DNA of 52,311 nucleotides. Source: Acidobacteriota bacterium (lineage in GTDB: Bacteria > Acidobacteriota > Thermoanaerobaculia > UBA5066 > Gp7-AA6). The notes below the pieces were generated by a model that ran no database searches, was not told the origin of the DNA, and saw nothing but the letters and a program-made list of their open reading frames with translations. Below are positions 30,276-39,715 of the stretch, one piece after another (within the stretch, counting starts at the first letter, position 1; each line of letters begins with the position of its first letter). The stretch spans positions 1 through 52,311 of the forward strand of contig JBKOVK010000317.1 in NCBI GenBank assembly GCA_046724475.1, in the 5' to 3' direction. The position numbers were made by a program, and so were the translations under genes.

Positions 30276-32449
30276 ACCGGGTCCGGTCCCGGGTTCTGGC
30301 GGTCGCTCTAGGTGTGTCCGCAGCGGCTGCCCCTTTGACCGCGGCCGCCGTGCGCATCTGGGTCTGCGACAGCGCGGGGGAGTTCTCTCTGGGAGAGGCG
30401 CGCGGCATTTCGGTGACGGCGGACGGAACGCTCCTGCCGGGGCACGCCCTCTCGAAAGTCGAGTCAATCGCGGAGGCTGTGCTCTTCGCCGGCGTTCCGG
30501 GCAAGAAGGGGGAGCTGTACGTCGGCACCGGGGACGCCGGAAAGATCCTGCGCGTCACCGGCGACGGCGCGGTCGAGACCTTTGCCACGCTCCCCGAGCA
30601 GGAAGTGACGGCGCTCGCCGTCTCGCCCGACGGCACGGTCTACGCCGGCGGGTCTCCGGGCGGCAAGGTCTATCGCATCGAGAAGGGAAAGCCCGTCCTC
30701 TATTACGACACGAAGGCCGAGTACGTCTGGGCGCTGACGTTCGCGGGTCCCGTCCTCTACGTCGGTACGGGCCTTCCGGGTGAGATTCATCGCGTCAAGG
30801 CGGCCGGCCAGGGCGAGCGCGTCCACAGCACGGTGGACGCGCACGTCCGCGCGCTCTTCGCGGATCGACAGGGACGCGTCTGGGCGGGAACGTCCGGATC
30901 GGGCCTCGTTCTCCGCATCGATCCGGCCGGGCGTGTCACCACCGTCTACGACTCGGGAAAGCCCGAGGTGACGTCGATCTCGGCGGACTCCTCCGGGCGG
31001 GTGTGGGCGGCGGCCGGAGCGGCGGACCTCTCCTCCTCGGGAGGGGAGCCGATCTCGCTTCCCACGGCGACGACGTCGGCGAAGCCCTCGAAGTCGGGCT
31101 CCCCGACGGACGACGATGACCGGAGCCGGTCCGAGGTCACGGTCTCGGTGTCCTCGCCGCGGCTGGCGACGTCGCGCGGCTCCTCGCGCGGCGGCTATTC
31201 GTCGGAAGTCGTGCTCTTCAACGAAGGCGAGCCTCCGCGGACGGTCTGGAACTCGTCCGAGGAGATCGTCTTCGACCTCGCGCCCGACGCCGACGGATCG
31301 GGAGTCCTCGCCGCGACCGGTCCCCGCGGCAAGCTCTACGCGATCCAGGCCGACGCTTCCTCCCTGGTGCGGACGTTCGACGAGAAGCAGGCCACGTTCC
31401 TGGCCGGCCCCGACGTCGGATTGAACTCGTCGAGCGCTCTCTACCGGCGGCGCGCCGGCGCGACGCCCGGCGAATACGTCTCGCCCGTGAAGGACACGGG
31501 CCGGACCAGCCACTTCGGCGCCTTCCGCTGGGAGGGCGAGGCGCCGGGCAACTCGAGAGTCGAGTTCTCGTTCCGGTCCGGCGAGTCGGCGACGCCGGAC
31601 ACGACCTGGAGTCCGTGGTCGCCCTGGAGCGGATCCGGGCGCACACTGCGAATCGACGCGCCTGACGGCCGCTTCCTGCAGTGGAAGCTGCGCATGGAAC
31701 CCGACGGCGAGCGCACGCCGCGGGTCCGCCGTGTCGAGGCCGCCTACCGCAACCACAATTCGGCCCCGACGGTGGAGAGCCTCTTGGCGTTGGAGCCGGC
31801 CGAAGTCCTGGCGCGATCGGGCACCAGCGGCTCGAACGTGTACGAGGCCGCGGCCACTGATGAGAAGGGCATCTTCACCGGCCTCGAGGAAGCCAAGTCG
31901 GAAAGCTCGCCGCGGAAGCTCTACCGCAAGGGCTACCGGACGCTCCAGTGGAAGGCGAGCGACCCCGACGGCGACGCGCTGGTGTACGAGCTCGAGTTCC
32001 GCCCCGCGGGCTCGACGAAGTGGATCCCGCTCCGCAAGGACATCCACGAGACGTCCTATTCCTTCGACTCGACGTCCCTGCCCGACGGAGAGTACGTCTT
32101 TCGGGTCACGGCGTCGGACGCCGACGCCAATCCCGGCGAGGGCAAGACCGCCTCGCGCGACAGCTCGACCGTGCGGATCGACAACACGCCGCCGGTCGTG
32201 CGGGAGACCTCGCGCTCCGCCGGCATCCTCGAGATCACGGCGGCCGACGCGGCGTCGCCGATCGCCGAGGCCGAATACAGCCTCGACGCGAAAAAGTGGA
32301 TCCGGATCGAGCCCAAGGACGGGCTCTCGGATTCTCCGGAGGAGTCGTACACGATCCGACTGCCGGCCGAGGCCCGCGGCGCGTACCTGCTGGTGCGCGT
32401 GACCGACGCCGCGCGCAACGTTGCGGTCGTCCCGTTCACGGGACCATAG
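30272..32449 (+). CDS. Secreted beta-propeller + FN3/Ig-like domain protein
   Basis: Signal peptide; repeated blades (LYVGTG, VYAGGS, VWAGTS, VLAATG); WS.WS module; FN3-like W.ASDPDGD.L.Y...DG.Y.FRVTASD; IDNTPP. GTGA overlap with the peptidase. Confidence 0.8.
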   Translation: MNRVRSRVLAVALGVSAAAAPLTAAAVRIWVCDSAGEFSLGEARGISVTADGTLLPGHALSKVESIAEAVLFAGVPGKKGELYVGTGDAGKILRVTGDGAVETFATLPEQEVTALAVSPDGTVYAGGSPGGKVYRIEKGKPVLYYDTKAEYVWALTFAGPVLYVGTGLPGEIHRVKAAGQGERVHSTVDAHVRALFADRQGRVWAGTSGSGLVLRIDPAGRVTTVYDSGKPEVTSISADSSGRVWAAAGAADLSSSGGEPISLPTATTSAKPSKSGSPTDDDDRSRSEVTVSVSSPRLATSRGSSRGGYSSEVVLFNEGEPPRTVWNSSEEIVFDLAPDADGSGVLAATGPRGKLYAIQADASSLVRTFDEKQATFLAGPDVGLNSSSALYRRRAGATPGEYVSPVKDTGRTSHFGAFRWEGEAPGNSRVEFSFRSGESATPDTTWSPWSPWSGSGRTLRIDAPDGRFLQWKLRMEPDGERTPRVRRVEAAYRNHNSAPTVESLLALEPAEVLARSGTSGSNVYEAAATDEKGIFTGLEEAKSESSPRKLYRKGYRTLQWKASDPDGDALVYELEFRPAGSTKWIPLRKDIHETSYSFDSTSLPDGEYVFRVTASDADANPGEGKTASRDSSTVRIDNTPPVVRETSRSAGILEITAADAASPIAEAEYSLDAKKWIRIEPKDGLSDSPEESYTIRLPAEARGAYLLVRVTDAARNVAVVPFTGP

Positions 32450-32484
32450 GAGAGGTCCCAGGTCTCAAGTCATAATCTGAGGCG

Positions 32485-34152
32485 ATGAGGCGCGCCGTCG
32501 CTGGTGTTCTGCTCCTGGCGGCGATCGCCTGCCGCGCGCGCCAGGAGTCCCCGGCCCCGACGCAGACGCTGTCCCGTCCGACCCCCCAGGCCATCGAGCC
32601 CGGGCTCGAGTTCCTCGACGGCACGAAGGACGGAGCGCCGGAGGCGGGCGGGACGCTCTACCGGCGGCTCGCGGGCGAGCCGACCACGCTGAACGCCGTC
32701 CTGCAGTCGGGCGTCTTCGAGGCCCAGGTACTCCAGTACATCCAGCGCAATCTCTTCGACTACGACGCGAAGCTGAACCGCGTGCCGGGCCTCGCGGAGA
32801 GCCTGGAAGTCTCCTCGAACGGGCGTGAGTACGTCGTCACGCTCAAAGCCGACGCGGTGTGGGAGGACGGCAAGCCCGTGACCTCGCGGGACGTTCTCTT
32901 CACCGTCGAGAAGATCCGGGACCCGAAGGTCCCCGCGCCCGTCTTCAAGTCTCTCTTCGAAGACCTCGAGAAGGCCGAGGTGCTCGATCCGCGGCGCGTG
33001 CGATTCCGGTTTCGCCAGCCCTATGCGTTTCGGGCGATGGCGTTCGTCTTGCCGGTCCTTCCGGAACATCGTTTCGCGGGCCAGCGCTTTCTCTCCGCCC
33101 GGGACAACCGGGCGCCGCTCTCCGATGGTCCGTACCGGCTGGTGAAGTGGAAGACGCAGGAGTCCCTCGAGCTCGAGCGCAATCCCCGCTATCCCTGGGA
33201 CAAGGGCAACTTCGACCGGATCCTCTTCCGGATCGTCCCGGACAACGCGACCGCGGTTCGGCTCCTGACGTCCGGAGAGCTCGACGAGGATCAGCTCGAC
33301 GCCTCGCAGAAGGCGAAAATCGAGACGATGGGACCGTCGGCGCCGTGCTGCCGGTTAGTCGAGTTCTACAACCTCGACTTCAACTACATTGCCCTGAACA
33401 ACCGGTCGCCTCTCTTTTCCGACGCGCGGGTACGCCGCGCGATGACGATGCTGCTCGACCGGGCTTCGCTCGTTCGAGACCTCTACCGCGGCTCCGCGCG
33501 GATCATCTCGGGCCCGTGGGCTCCGGATTCCCCGGCCTACGACGCGTCGGTGGAACCTCTGCCCTTCAACCCGGAGCAGGCCAAGAAGCTCCTGGCCGAG
33601 GCGGGGTGGGGCGACACCAACGGCAACGGGACGCTCGATCGCGACGGCCATGAATTCGAGTTCGACCTGGTCGTCTCGGCGGGGTCCGACATCGGCCGCC
33701 AGATCGACGAAATGCTCTCCGCCGAGCTCGCGAAGGTCGGCGTGACCGCGCGTGTGCGGCAGATGGAGTGGAGCGCGTTCGTCGCGAAGGTCGACGCGGG
33801 AGAATTCGACGCGGCGTCTCTGGGCTGGTCCAGCGTGGACGCGAATCCCGACCCGTACTTCTACTGGCACTCCTCACAGTGCCCCCCCAACGGGCAGAAC
33901 AACGGCTGCTACCGCAGCGCCGAGGCGGACCGGCTGATGGAGGAGGCGCGGACCACGCTCGACGCCCAGAAGCGCAAGGAAACCTTCCACCGCCTCCACC
34001 GCATCTTCCGCGACGACGCCCCGGCGATCTTCGTGGTCAACCCGACGCAGAAGTACGCCCTTACGAAATCCGTCCGCGGCGTGACGACGTCGCCGCTCGG
34101 GCTCTACGGGATCTGGCCGGGACCGCTGGGCTGGTGGAAGAAAGCCTCGTGA
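32485..34152 (+). CDS. Peptide/nickel ABC transporter substrate-binding lipoprotein (family 5)
   Basis: Lipobox AAIAC, P.LAES, W.DG.P.T..DV.FT, GPY.L..W, FSD.RVRRA, A..LL.EAGW. Confidence 0.92.
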   Translation: MRRAVAGVLLLAAIACRARQESPAPTQTLSRPTPQAIEPGLEFLDGTKDGAPEAGGTLYRRLAGEPTTLNAVLQSGVFEAQVLQYIQRNLFDYDAKLNRVPGLAESLEVSSNGREYVVTLKADAVWEDGKPVTSRDVLFTVEKIRDPKVPAPVFKSLFEDLEKAEVLDPRRVRFRFRQPYAFRAMAFVLPVLPEHRFAGQRFLSARDNRAPLSDGPYRLVKWKTQESLELERNPRYPWDKGNFDRILFRIVPDNATAVRLLTSGELDEDQLDASQKAKIETMGPSAPCCRLVEFYNLDFNYIALNNRSPLFSDARVRRAMTMLLDRASLVRDLYRGSARIISGPWAPDSPAYDASVEPLPFNPEQAKKLLAEAGWGDTNGNGTLDRDGHEFEFDLVVSAGSDIGRQIDEMLSAELAKVGVTARVRQMEWSAFVAKVDAGEFDAASLGWSSVDANPDPYFYWHSSQCPPNGQNNGCYRSAEADRLMEEARTTLDAQKRKETFHRLHRIFRDDAPAIFVVNPTQKYALTKSVRGVTTSPLGLYGIWPGPLGWWKKAS

Positions 34153-35123
34153 CGGCGTACCTGCTGCGCCGTCTCGCGCTCGCGATCCCGACGCTCTTCG
34201 GAATCACCGTGGTCGTCTTCTTCCTGGTTCACCTGGCCCCGGGAAGCCCGATTTCCGGCGGCGTCGACTCGCTTCGGCGGCCGACCGGTCGCGCGGCCGA
34301 GGAAATGCGGCGCCTGTACGGCCTGGACCGTCCGCTCCCGGAACGCTTCGCCACGTGGATCTCGCGGGCGGCGCGCTTCGATCTCGGGGAATCCTTCGTG
34401 GACCACCGTCCGGTGTCCGAGCGCATCGGGGAGGCGCTGCCCAACACGCTGCTCTTAAACGGGCTCGCGCTCGTGCTCGCCCTCGCCATCGCGATCCCGC
34501 TCGGCGTCGTGGCGGGAGGCCGACCCGAGAGCGCGTTCGACCGGACGTCGGGCGCGGCGCTCTTTGCGCTGTATTCGATGCCGACGTTCTGGGCGGCCCT
34601 TCTCCTGCAGACGCTCTTCTCGGTGCGCCTGCGGCTGCTGCCTCTGTACGGGATGGAGTCCGACGTCGCCGGCTCCGGGTTCGCGGGCGTGGCGGACCGC
34701 CTCGCGCACCTGGCGCTTCCGGTCACGTGCCTCACCTACGGGACCCTGGCCTTCGTCGCTCGGCTCGTGCGCTCGGGAGTGGCGGAGGCGGCTTCCAGCG
34801 ACTTCGTGCTCGCGGCGCGGGCCCGCGGGGCGTCGCGCCGCCGGGCGCTCTGGACACACGCGCTGCCCAACGCGCTGCTTCCAGTCTTGACCCTCCTGGG
34901 GCTGGTTCTGCCGGCGCTCCTGTCCGGCAGCGTCATCGTCGAGAAGATCTTCGCCTGGCCAGGTCTTGGAAGGCTCTACTTCGATTCGATCCTCGCGCGC
35001 GACTATCCGATGATCCTCGGGCTGTCGCTGCTGACGGCCGTGGCGACTCTCGCGGCGACGCTTCTCGCCGATCTGGCGACCGCTGCCGCGGATCCCCGCG
35101 TGCGCGACGGCGCGACTCCATGA
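34149..35123 (+). CDS. Peptide ABC transporter permease (OppB/DppB-like)
   Basis: YLLRRL..IPTL.GI..VVF.L..LAPG.P, DLG.S, HL.LP, EAA-like loop, E.IF.WPGLG, RDYP. Start GTG 34149. Confidence 0.92.
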   Translation: MTAYLLRRLALAIPTLFGITVVVFFLVHLAPGSPISGGVDSLRRPTGRAAEEMRRLYGLDRPLPERFATWISRAARFDLGESFVDHRPVSERIGEALPNTLLLNGLALVLALAIAIPLGVVAGGRPESAFDRTSGAALFALYSMPTFWAALLLQTLFSVRLRLLPLYGMESDVAGSGFAGVADRLAHLALPVTCLTYGTLAFVARLVRSGVAEAASSDFVLAARARGASRRRALWTHALPNALLPVLTLLGLVLPALLSGSVIVEKIFAWPGLGRLYFDSILARDYPMILGLSLLTAVATLAATLLADLATAAADPRVRDGATP

Positions 35124-35947
35124 GCCGGCCCGTGCGACGGCGACTGCCCGGCAGCGCGCGCGTGGCGCTGGCAGTCGTCGTGGCGCTCTGGCTGGTCGCC
35201 GCGATCTCTCCCGTTTTTTCGGGCGCGGCGAGGGAGATCCGGCTCGATCGGCGGCTCGCGCCTCCCTCGGCGGCGCACCCGTTCGGCACGGACGATCTCG
35301 GACGCGACCTGCTGGCGCGCGTCGTGGCGGCAACGCCGATCTCGCTCGCGATCGGCCTGACGGCGGCGGCCGTGTCCCTGGTCGTGGGATTCGCCGTCGG
35401 CGCGACCGCGGGCTACGCCGGTGGGCTCACGGACCTGGCCCTCTCCCGGCTGATCGAAGTCATGCTGTGCTTCCCGGTTCTGTTTCTCCTCCTCGCCTTG
35501 GCGGCTCTGCTGCCGCCTTCGCCTCTGACCGTGATCCTGGCGATCGGCCTGACGACATGGGCGGGCGACGCGAGGTACGCGCGCGCGGAAGTTCTCAAGA
35601 TCAAGGACCTCGACTATGCGCGCGCGGCCCGCGCCGCAGGCGCCTCGACTCCGCGGATCCTGGTCCGCCACCTGCTGCCCAACGCCCTGTCTCCGCTGAT
35701 CGTGTCGGCGGCGTTCGGCGTCGGGTGGGCGATCCTGGCCGAGGCCTCGCTGTCGTTTCTGGGCGTGGGACTCCCGGCGCCGGCGGTCTCGTGGGGAGGA
35801 ATTCTCTCGGCGGCCCCGGCGTACATCGAAGAGGCCTGGTGGCTCGCGCTCTTCCCGGGCTTGGCCCTGTTCTTGACGGTCGCCGCCTATAATCTGCTGG
35901 CCGAAGGCCTCCGCGTCGCGACAACCGAGGGGGGGAGGAAAGCATGA
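35120..35947 (+). CDS. Peptide ABC transporter permease (OppC/DppC-like)
   Basis: HPFGTD.LGRD, ISL.IG, AAR..GAS..RI..RHLLPN, E.SLSFLG.G, WW..LFPG. Start ATG 35120. Confidence 0.92.
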   Translation: MSRPVRRRLPGSARVALAVVVALWLVAAISPVFSGAAREIRLDRRLAPPSAAHPFGTDDLGRDLLARVVAATPISLAIGLTAAAVSLVVGFAVGATAGYAGGLTDLALSRLIEVMLCFPVLFLLLALAALLPPSPLTVILAIGLTTWAGDARYARAEVLKIKDLDYARAARAAGASTPRILVRHLLPNALSPLIVSAAFGVGWAILAEASLSFLGVGLPAPAVSWGGILSAAPAYIEEAWWLALFPGLALFLTVAAYNLLAEGLRVATTEGGRKA

Positions 35948-36423
35948 CGGAGCGAATCGCCGTCTATCCCGGCTCCTTCGATCCGTTGACCAACGGGCAT
36001 CTGGACATCCTGGCGCGGGCGCGGCGTCTGGCCGACCGGGTGATCGTCGCGATCCTCGAGCAGGACCAGAAGACGCCGCTCTTCTCGATGGAGGAGCGGA
36101 TCGGAATGATCCGGGAGATCGTGGGAGGAGATCCGTCCATCTCGGTCGCGTCGTTCACGGGCCTGCTGGTGGACTTCGCGAACCGGTCCGGAGCAGGTTT
36201 GATCGTGCGAGGACTGCGTGCCGTCTCGGATTACGAGTACGAGCTCCAGATGGCGCTGATGAACCGGCGCCTGGCTCCCTCCATCGAAACCGTGTTCCTG
36301 ATGGCCAAGGAGGAGTACTCCTACGTCTCGAGCCGCCTGGTCAAGGAGCTCGCGCGCCTCGGCGGCGACGTGACGGGTCTGGTTCCCCAGGCGGTCCGGC
36401 AGCGGCTCACCGACCGGTTTTGA
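35944..36423 (+). CDS. coaD: Phosphopantetheine adenylyltransferase
   Basis: YPGSFDP.T.GHLDI, RGLRAVSDYEYE, VSS.LVKE; TATAAT at 35888-35893 upstream. Confidence 0.97.
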   Translation: MTERIAVYPGSFDPLTNGHLDILARARRLADRVIVAILEQDQKTPLFSMEERIGMIREIVGGDPSISVASFTGLLVDFANRSGAGLIVRGLRAVSDYEYELQMALMNRRLAPSIETVFLMAKEEYSYVSSRLVKELARLGGDVTGLVPQAVRQRLTDRF

Positions 36424-36833
36424 CGTTGCGCGCGGTCGAATCTCACCTCCGGGTCCGCTACTCCGAAACGGACCAGATGGGGATCGTCTATCACGCCCAT
36501 TACCTCGTCTGGTTCGAGATCGGACGCACCGACTGGTGCCGCGCCGCGGGCATTCCCTACGCCGAGATGGAGAAGAACGGGCTCTTCATTCCGGTCACGC
36601 GCGTGGAGGCGAGCTTTCGGCGAAAGTCGAGCTACGACGACCCGATCCGCGTGATCACGCGGATGGGAACGCTCTCGTCCCGAGGCTGTGTTTTCGAGTA
36701 CGAGATCCGGGATCCCTCGGACCAACTCCTCGCGGAAGGCTCGACCCACCATGTCTTCATGGACTCCTCGGGGAAGCCTTGCCGGGCCGACCCCAGGGTC
36801 GTCGCGGCACTCCAGAGTTATCGGGAGGAATAG
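36420..36833 (+). CDS. Acyl-CoA thioesterase, YbgC/4HBT family
   Basis: RVRYSETDQMGIVYHA.Y..WFE..R hot-dog motif. Confidence 0.9.
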   Translation: MTLRAVESHLRVRYSETDQMGIVYHAHYLVWFEIGRTDWCRAAGIPYAEMEKNGLFIPVTRVEASFRRKSSYDDPIRVITRMGTLSSRGCVFEYEIRDPSDQLLAEGSTHHVFMDSSGKPCRADPRVVAALQSYREE

Positions 36834-36882
36834 CCGCGCATCCCTTTGCTCCGGGCGCGTGTTTGGGACGGAGGAGGCTTCG

Positions 36883-37197
36883 ATGATCGCACGCTACTGG
36901 TCCGGCGAAGTGCCCGCGTCCCGCGCCGACGACTACCAGCGCTACCTCGAGAAGACGGGCATCCGGGAGCTCAACGCGACTCCCGGGAACCGCGGGGTCT
37001 ACGTTCTGCGCCGCACGGAAGGGGACCGGACCGAGTTCGTCTTCGTGTCGCTGTGGGAATCTCTCGACGCGATCCGCGCATTCGCCGGCGAAGACGTCGA
37101 GAGGGCGCGGTATTACCCCGAGGACCGCGAGTATCTTCTCGAGATGTCCCCCGGGGTCAAGCACTACCAGGTTGCCGCCGCACCCGGATCGCGATAG
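36883..37197 (+). CDS. Antibiotic biosynthesis monooxygenase (ABM)-like dimeric barrel protein
   Basis: MIAR.W.G, PGN.G, S.WES.DAI.AFAG.D...A.YYPED; SD GGAGGAGG before ATG 36883. Confidence 0.85.
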   Translation: MIARYWSGEVPASRADDYQRYLEKTGIRELNATPGNRGVYVLRRTEGDRTEFVFVSLWESLDAIRAFAGEDVERARYYPEDREYLLEMSPGVKHYQVAAAPGSR

Positions 37198-37211
37198 AAA
37201 CGCCGCGATCC

Positions 37212-38117
37212 GTGAAGGTCTTCGTTACCGGCGCGACCGGATACGTAGGAGGCGCGGTCGCGCGGGCGTTCCGCGCCGACGGGCATGAAGTATGGGGCTC
37301 GGCCCGAGATGCCGGTCGCGCCGACCGGCTCGCAGCGCGCGGAATCGAGCCGGTCGTAGGGACGCTCGAAGCTCCTGCCGCCTTCTTGGACCGGGCTCGC
37401 TCCTGCGACGTCCTCGTGCATGCGGCTATGGGCTCGGGACCCGACATGTTCGAACGCGACCGACAGACCGTGGATGCGCTGCTCGAGGCCGCCCGGAGCG
37501 GAGGGCGCCTGCCGGCCTTCCTCTACACCAGCGGCTGCTGGATCTATGGCGACACGGCGGGACGGATCGCGGACGAGACTTCCGCTCTCAACCCGCCCGC
37601 CTACGCGAAGCTTCGCCCGGGAACGGAGCGCCGCGTGCTCGAGGCTCGCGGAGTCCGGGGGATCGTGATGCGGCCCGGCTGCCTGTACGGCGGATCCGGA
37701 GGTCTGACGGCCCCCTGGTTCGAAGGCGCGCTGCGGGGGACGTCGGAAGTCGTCGGCGACGGGATGGCGCGCTGGGCCATGATCCACGAGGACGACGTCG
37801 CCGACGCCTACGTGCGCGCCGCGGAAAGCGATCTCCCGGGGGAGGTTTTCGACGTCTCCGACGGATCCGAGGCGACCCAGGCGGACATGGTTCGCGCGGC
37901 GGCGCTGGCGGCCGGTTACTCCGGAGAGATCCGACGGGTGCCGGTGGCCGAAGCGGTCCGGAATCTGGGCGCCTATGCCGAGTGTCTGGCCTACGACCAA
38001 CGCCTTTCGGCGAGCAAGGCCGCGCGCCTGCTGGGCTGGGCTCCGCGTCACACCGGCTTCATCGCCGAAGCCGGCGCCTGCTTCGCGGCCTGGAAGGCCT
38101 CGGCGTCAGGATCGTAG
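37212..38117 (+). CDS. NAD-dependent epimerase/dehydratase (atypical SDR)
   Basis: KVFVTGATGYVG, YTSG.W.YG, RP..LYG, IH..DVA.AY. Start GTG 37212. Confidence 0.87.
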   Translation: MKVFVTGATGYVGGAVARAFRADGHEVWGSARDAGRADRLAARGIEPVVGTLEAPAAFLDRARSCDVLVHAAMGSGPDMFERDRQTVDALLEAARSGGRLPAFLYTSGCWIYGDTAGRIADETSALNPPAYAKLRPGTERRVLEARGVRGIVMRPGCLYGGSGGLTAPWFEGALRGTSEVVGDGMARWAMIHEDDVADAYVRAAESDLPGEVFDVSDGSEATQADMVRAAALAAGYSGEIRRVPVAEAVRNLGAYAECLAYDQRLSASKAARLLGWAPRHTGFIAEAGACFAAWKASASGS

Positions 38118-38810
38118 ACCGTACCGCGCGATCGTCCAGAGGATCTTCGCGCCTGCGCGAAGCGTCCCGGACACGGTTCCGGTGATCTTCGATACGCCCA
38201 CGCGCCTTCGATAGGACACCGGCACCTCGACGACGCGTAGACCGCGCCGGAGAGCCTTGACCTGCATCTCGCACGTCCAGCCGAAGCTCACGTCCTTCAT
38301 CCGGAGGCCCTGGTAGGCGCTCCAGCGGATGGCGCGAAACGGTCCCAGATCCGTATAGCGATGGCCGTAGAGCAGTCGAATCAGGAGGCAGGCGAGCGCG
38401 TTGCCGAGGCGCGCCTGGGGAAGGAGTGCGCCGGGCTCGCGCCGGCCCAGGACGCGGGATCCGATGGCGAGGTCGGCCCCGGCGGCGAGCGCCTCGAGCA
38501 GCAGGGGCATCTCTTCGGGATGGTCGGAGAAGTCGCCGTCGAGGAACACCAGGATCTCCGGCGGGTCCGACGCGAGGGCCGTGACGCCGGCGAGACAGGC
38601 GCTGCCGTAGCCTCGGCGATCCTCGCGGACCACGCGCACCGGAAGTCCCCGTGCGATCTCGGCGGTGCCGTCGGTCGAGGCGTTGTCGACCACGACGACC
38701 TCATCCGCGGCGCCCGCCGGGATGGACCCGACGACTAAGGGAAGAGACTCGCGCTCGTTGAACACCGGAATGATGACGGCGACGCGGGGGCCCCGCGCGG
38801 CGGCCGTCAT
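38106..38810 (-). CDS. GT2 family glycosyltransferase (DPM-synthase-like)
   Basis: IIPVFNE, VVDNASTDGT, GYG.A, FLDGD, GSR, TDLGPFRA, RR.GVSKI.GT. Confidence 0.9.
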   Translation of the reverse strand: MTAAARGPRVAVIIPVFNERESLPLVVGSIPAGAADEVVVVDNASTDGTAEIARGLPVRVVREDRRGYGSACLAGVTALASDPPEILVFLDGDFSDHPEEMPLLLEALAAGADLAIGSRVLGRREPGALLPQARLGNALACLLIRLLYGHRYTDLGPFRAIRWSAYQGLRMKDVSFGWTCEMQVKALRRGLRVVEVPVSYRRRVGVSKITGTVSGTLRAGAKILWTIARYGLRS

Positions 38811-39715
38811 GGAACCGGCCGGGCGGGAAGCTGTCCGCGGACCAGACCGATCGCAAGCCCGGCGAAGATCAACCCCGCGGCCAGCACGGTCTTCCAGGTC
38901 AGCGCTTCTCCGAGGATGAGGATCGCCAGGACGGTCGCGATCACCGGCTGGAGAAAGACGTAAAAAGCGACATGCGAAGCGTGCGTGCGCGCCAGCGCCC
39001 ACGAGTTCAGCAGGTACGGGACGACCGTGCAGAAGACGATGACCGCCGCCAGGCAGGACCAGGCGAGCGGAGTAACGCGGGAGGGCTCGAAACGCTTGAG
39101 CTCCGGCCACGCGAGGACGAGGATGAGCAGTGCGCCGTATCGGAAGACGGCCGCCGTGAAAGTCGCCACGCGGTAGTGGGCGAGGATCGGCCGGGACAGT
39201 ACCAGGTAGAGCGAGTACGAGAGCGAGTTGGCCAGCAGGAGAAGGTCGCCGCGGAATGCGAGGCTGCTCCAGTCGAAGCGCTGCGCGTTGAGAAGGGCCA
39301 GCGCTCCCGCGCCGGCCAGAGCGATGCCGGCGGCGGCGCGCACCGTCATGCGCTCCCGTCCGAGAAGGGCCGCGGCGGCGATGGTGAAGACTGGAATCGT
39401 CGCCGTCAGGATCGTAGTGTTGATCGCGGTCGTCATCGACAGCCCGAGAATGAAGAGGATCTGGTTGAACGACACGCCGAGCAGGCCGTAGAGGAGGATC
39501 TTTCGCCGGTCGCCCGGACGAATCGACTCTCGGCCGTTGACGCTGCGGATCACGTCCAGCAGGATCGCGGCCGAGACGACGCGGAACGCTGCGAAGACCA
39601 GGGGCGGGATCAGGCCGAGGGCGAGCTTGCCGAAGATCGGAAAGAGCGCGAAGCCCGTCTGCGCTCCGGCCAGAGCCAGGTGGATCTCCCAGGGGCGCTC
39701 GCGCCGATGCGTCAC
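38807..39715 (-). CDS. DMT/EamA family transporter
   Basis: About 10 TM helices in two repeats (L.RE, LQPV.A.....L.E). Confidence 0.9.
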   Translation of the reverse strand: MTHRRERPWEIHLALAGAQTGFALFPIFGKLALGLIPPLVFAAFRVVSAAILLDVIRSVNGRESIRPGDRRKILLYGLLGVSFNQILFILGLSMTTAINTTILTATIPVFTIAAAALLGRERMTVRAAAGIALAGAGALALLNAQRFDWSSLAFRGDLLLLANSLSYSLYLVLSRPILAHYRVATFTAAVFRYGALLILVLAWPELKRFEPSRVTPLAWSCLAAVIVFCTVVPYLLNSWALARTHASHVAFYVFLQPVIATVLAILILGEALTWKTVLAAGLIFAGLAIGLVRGQLPARPVP

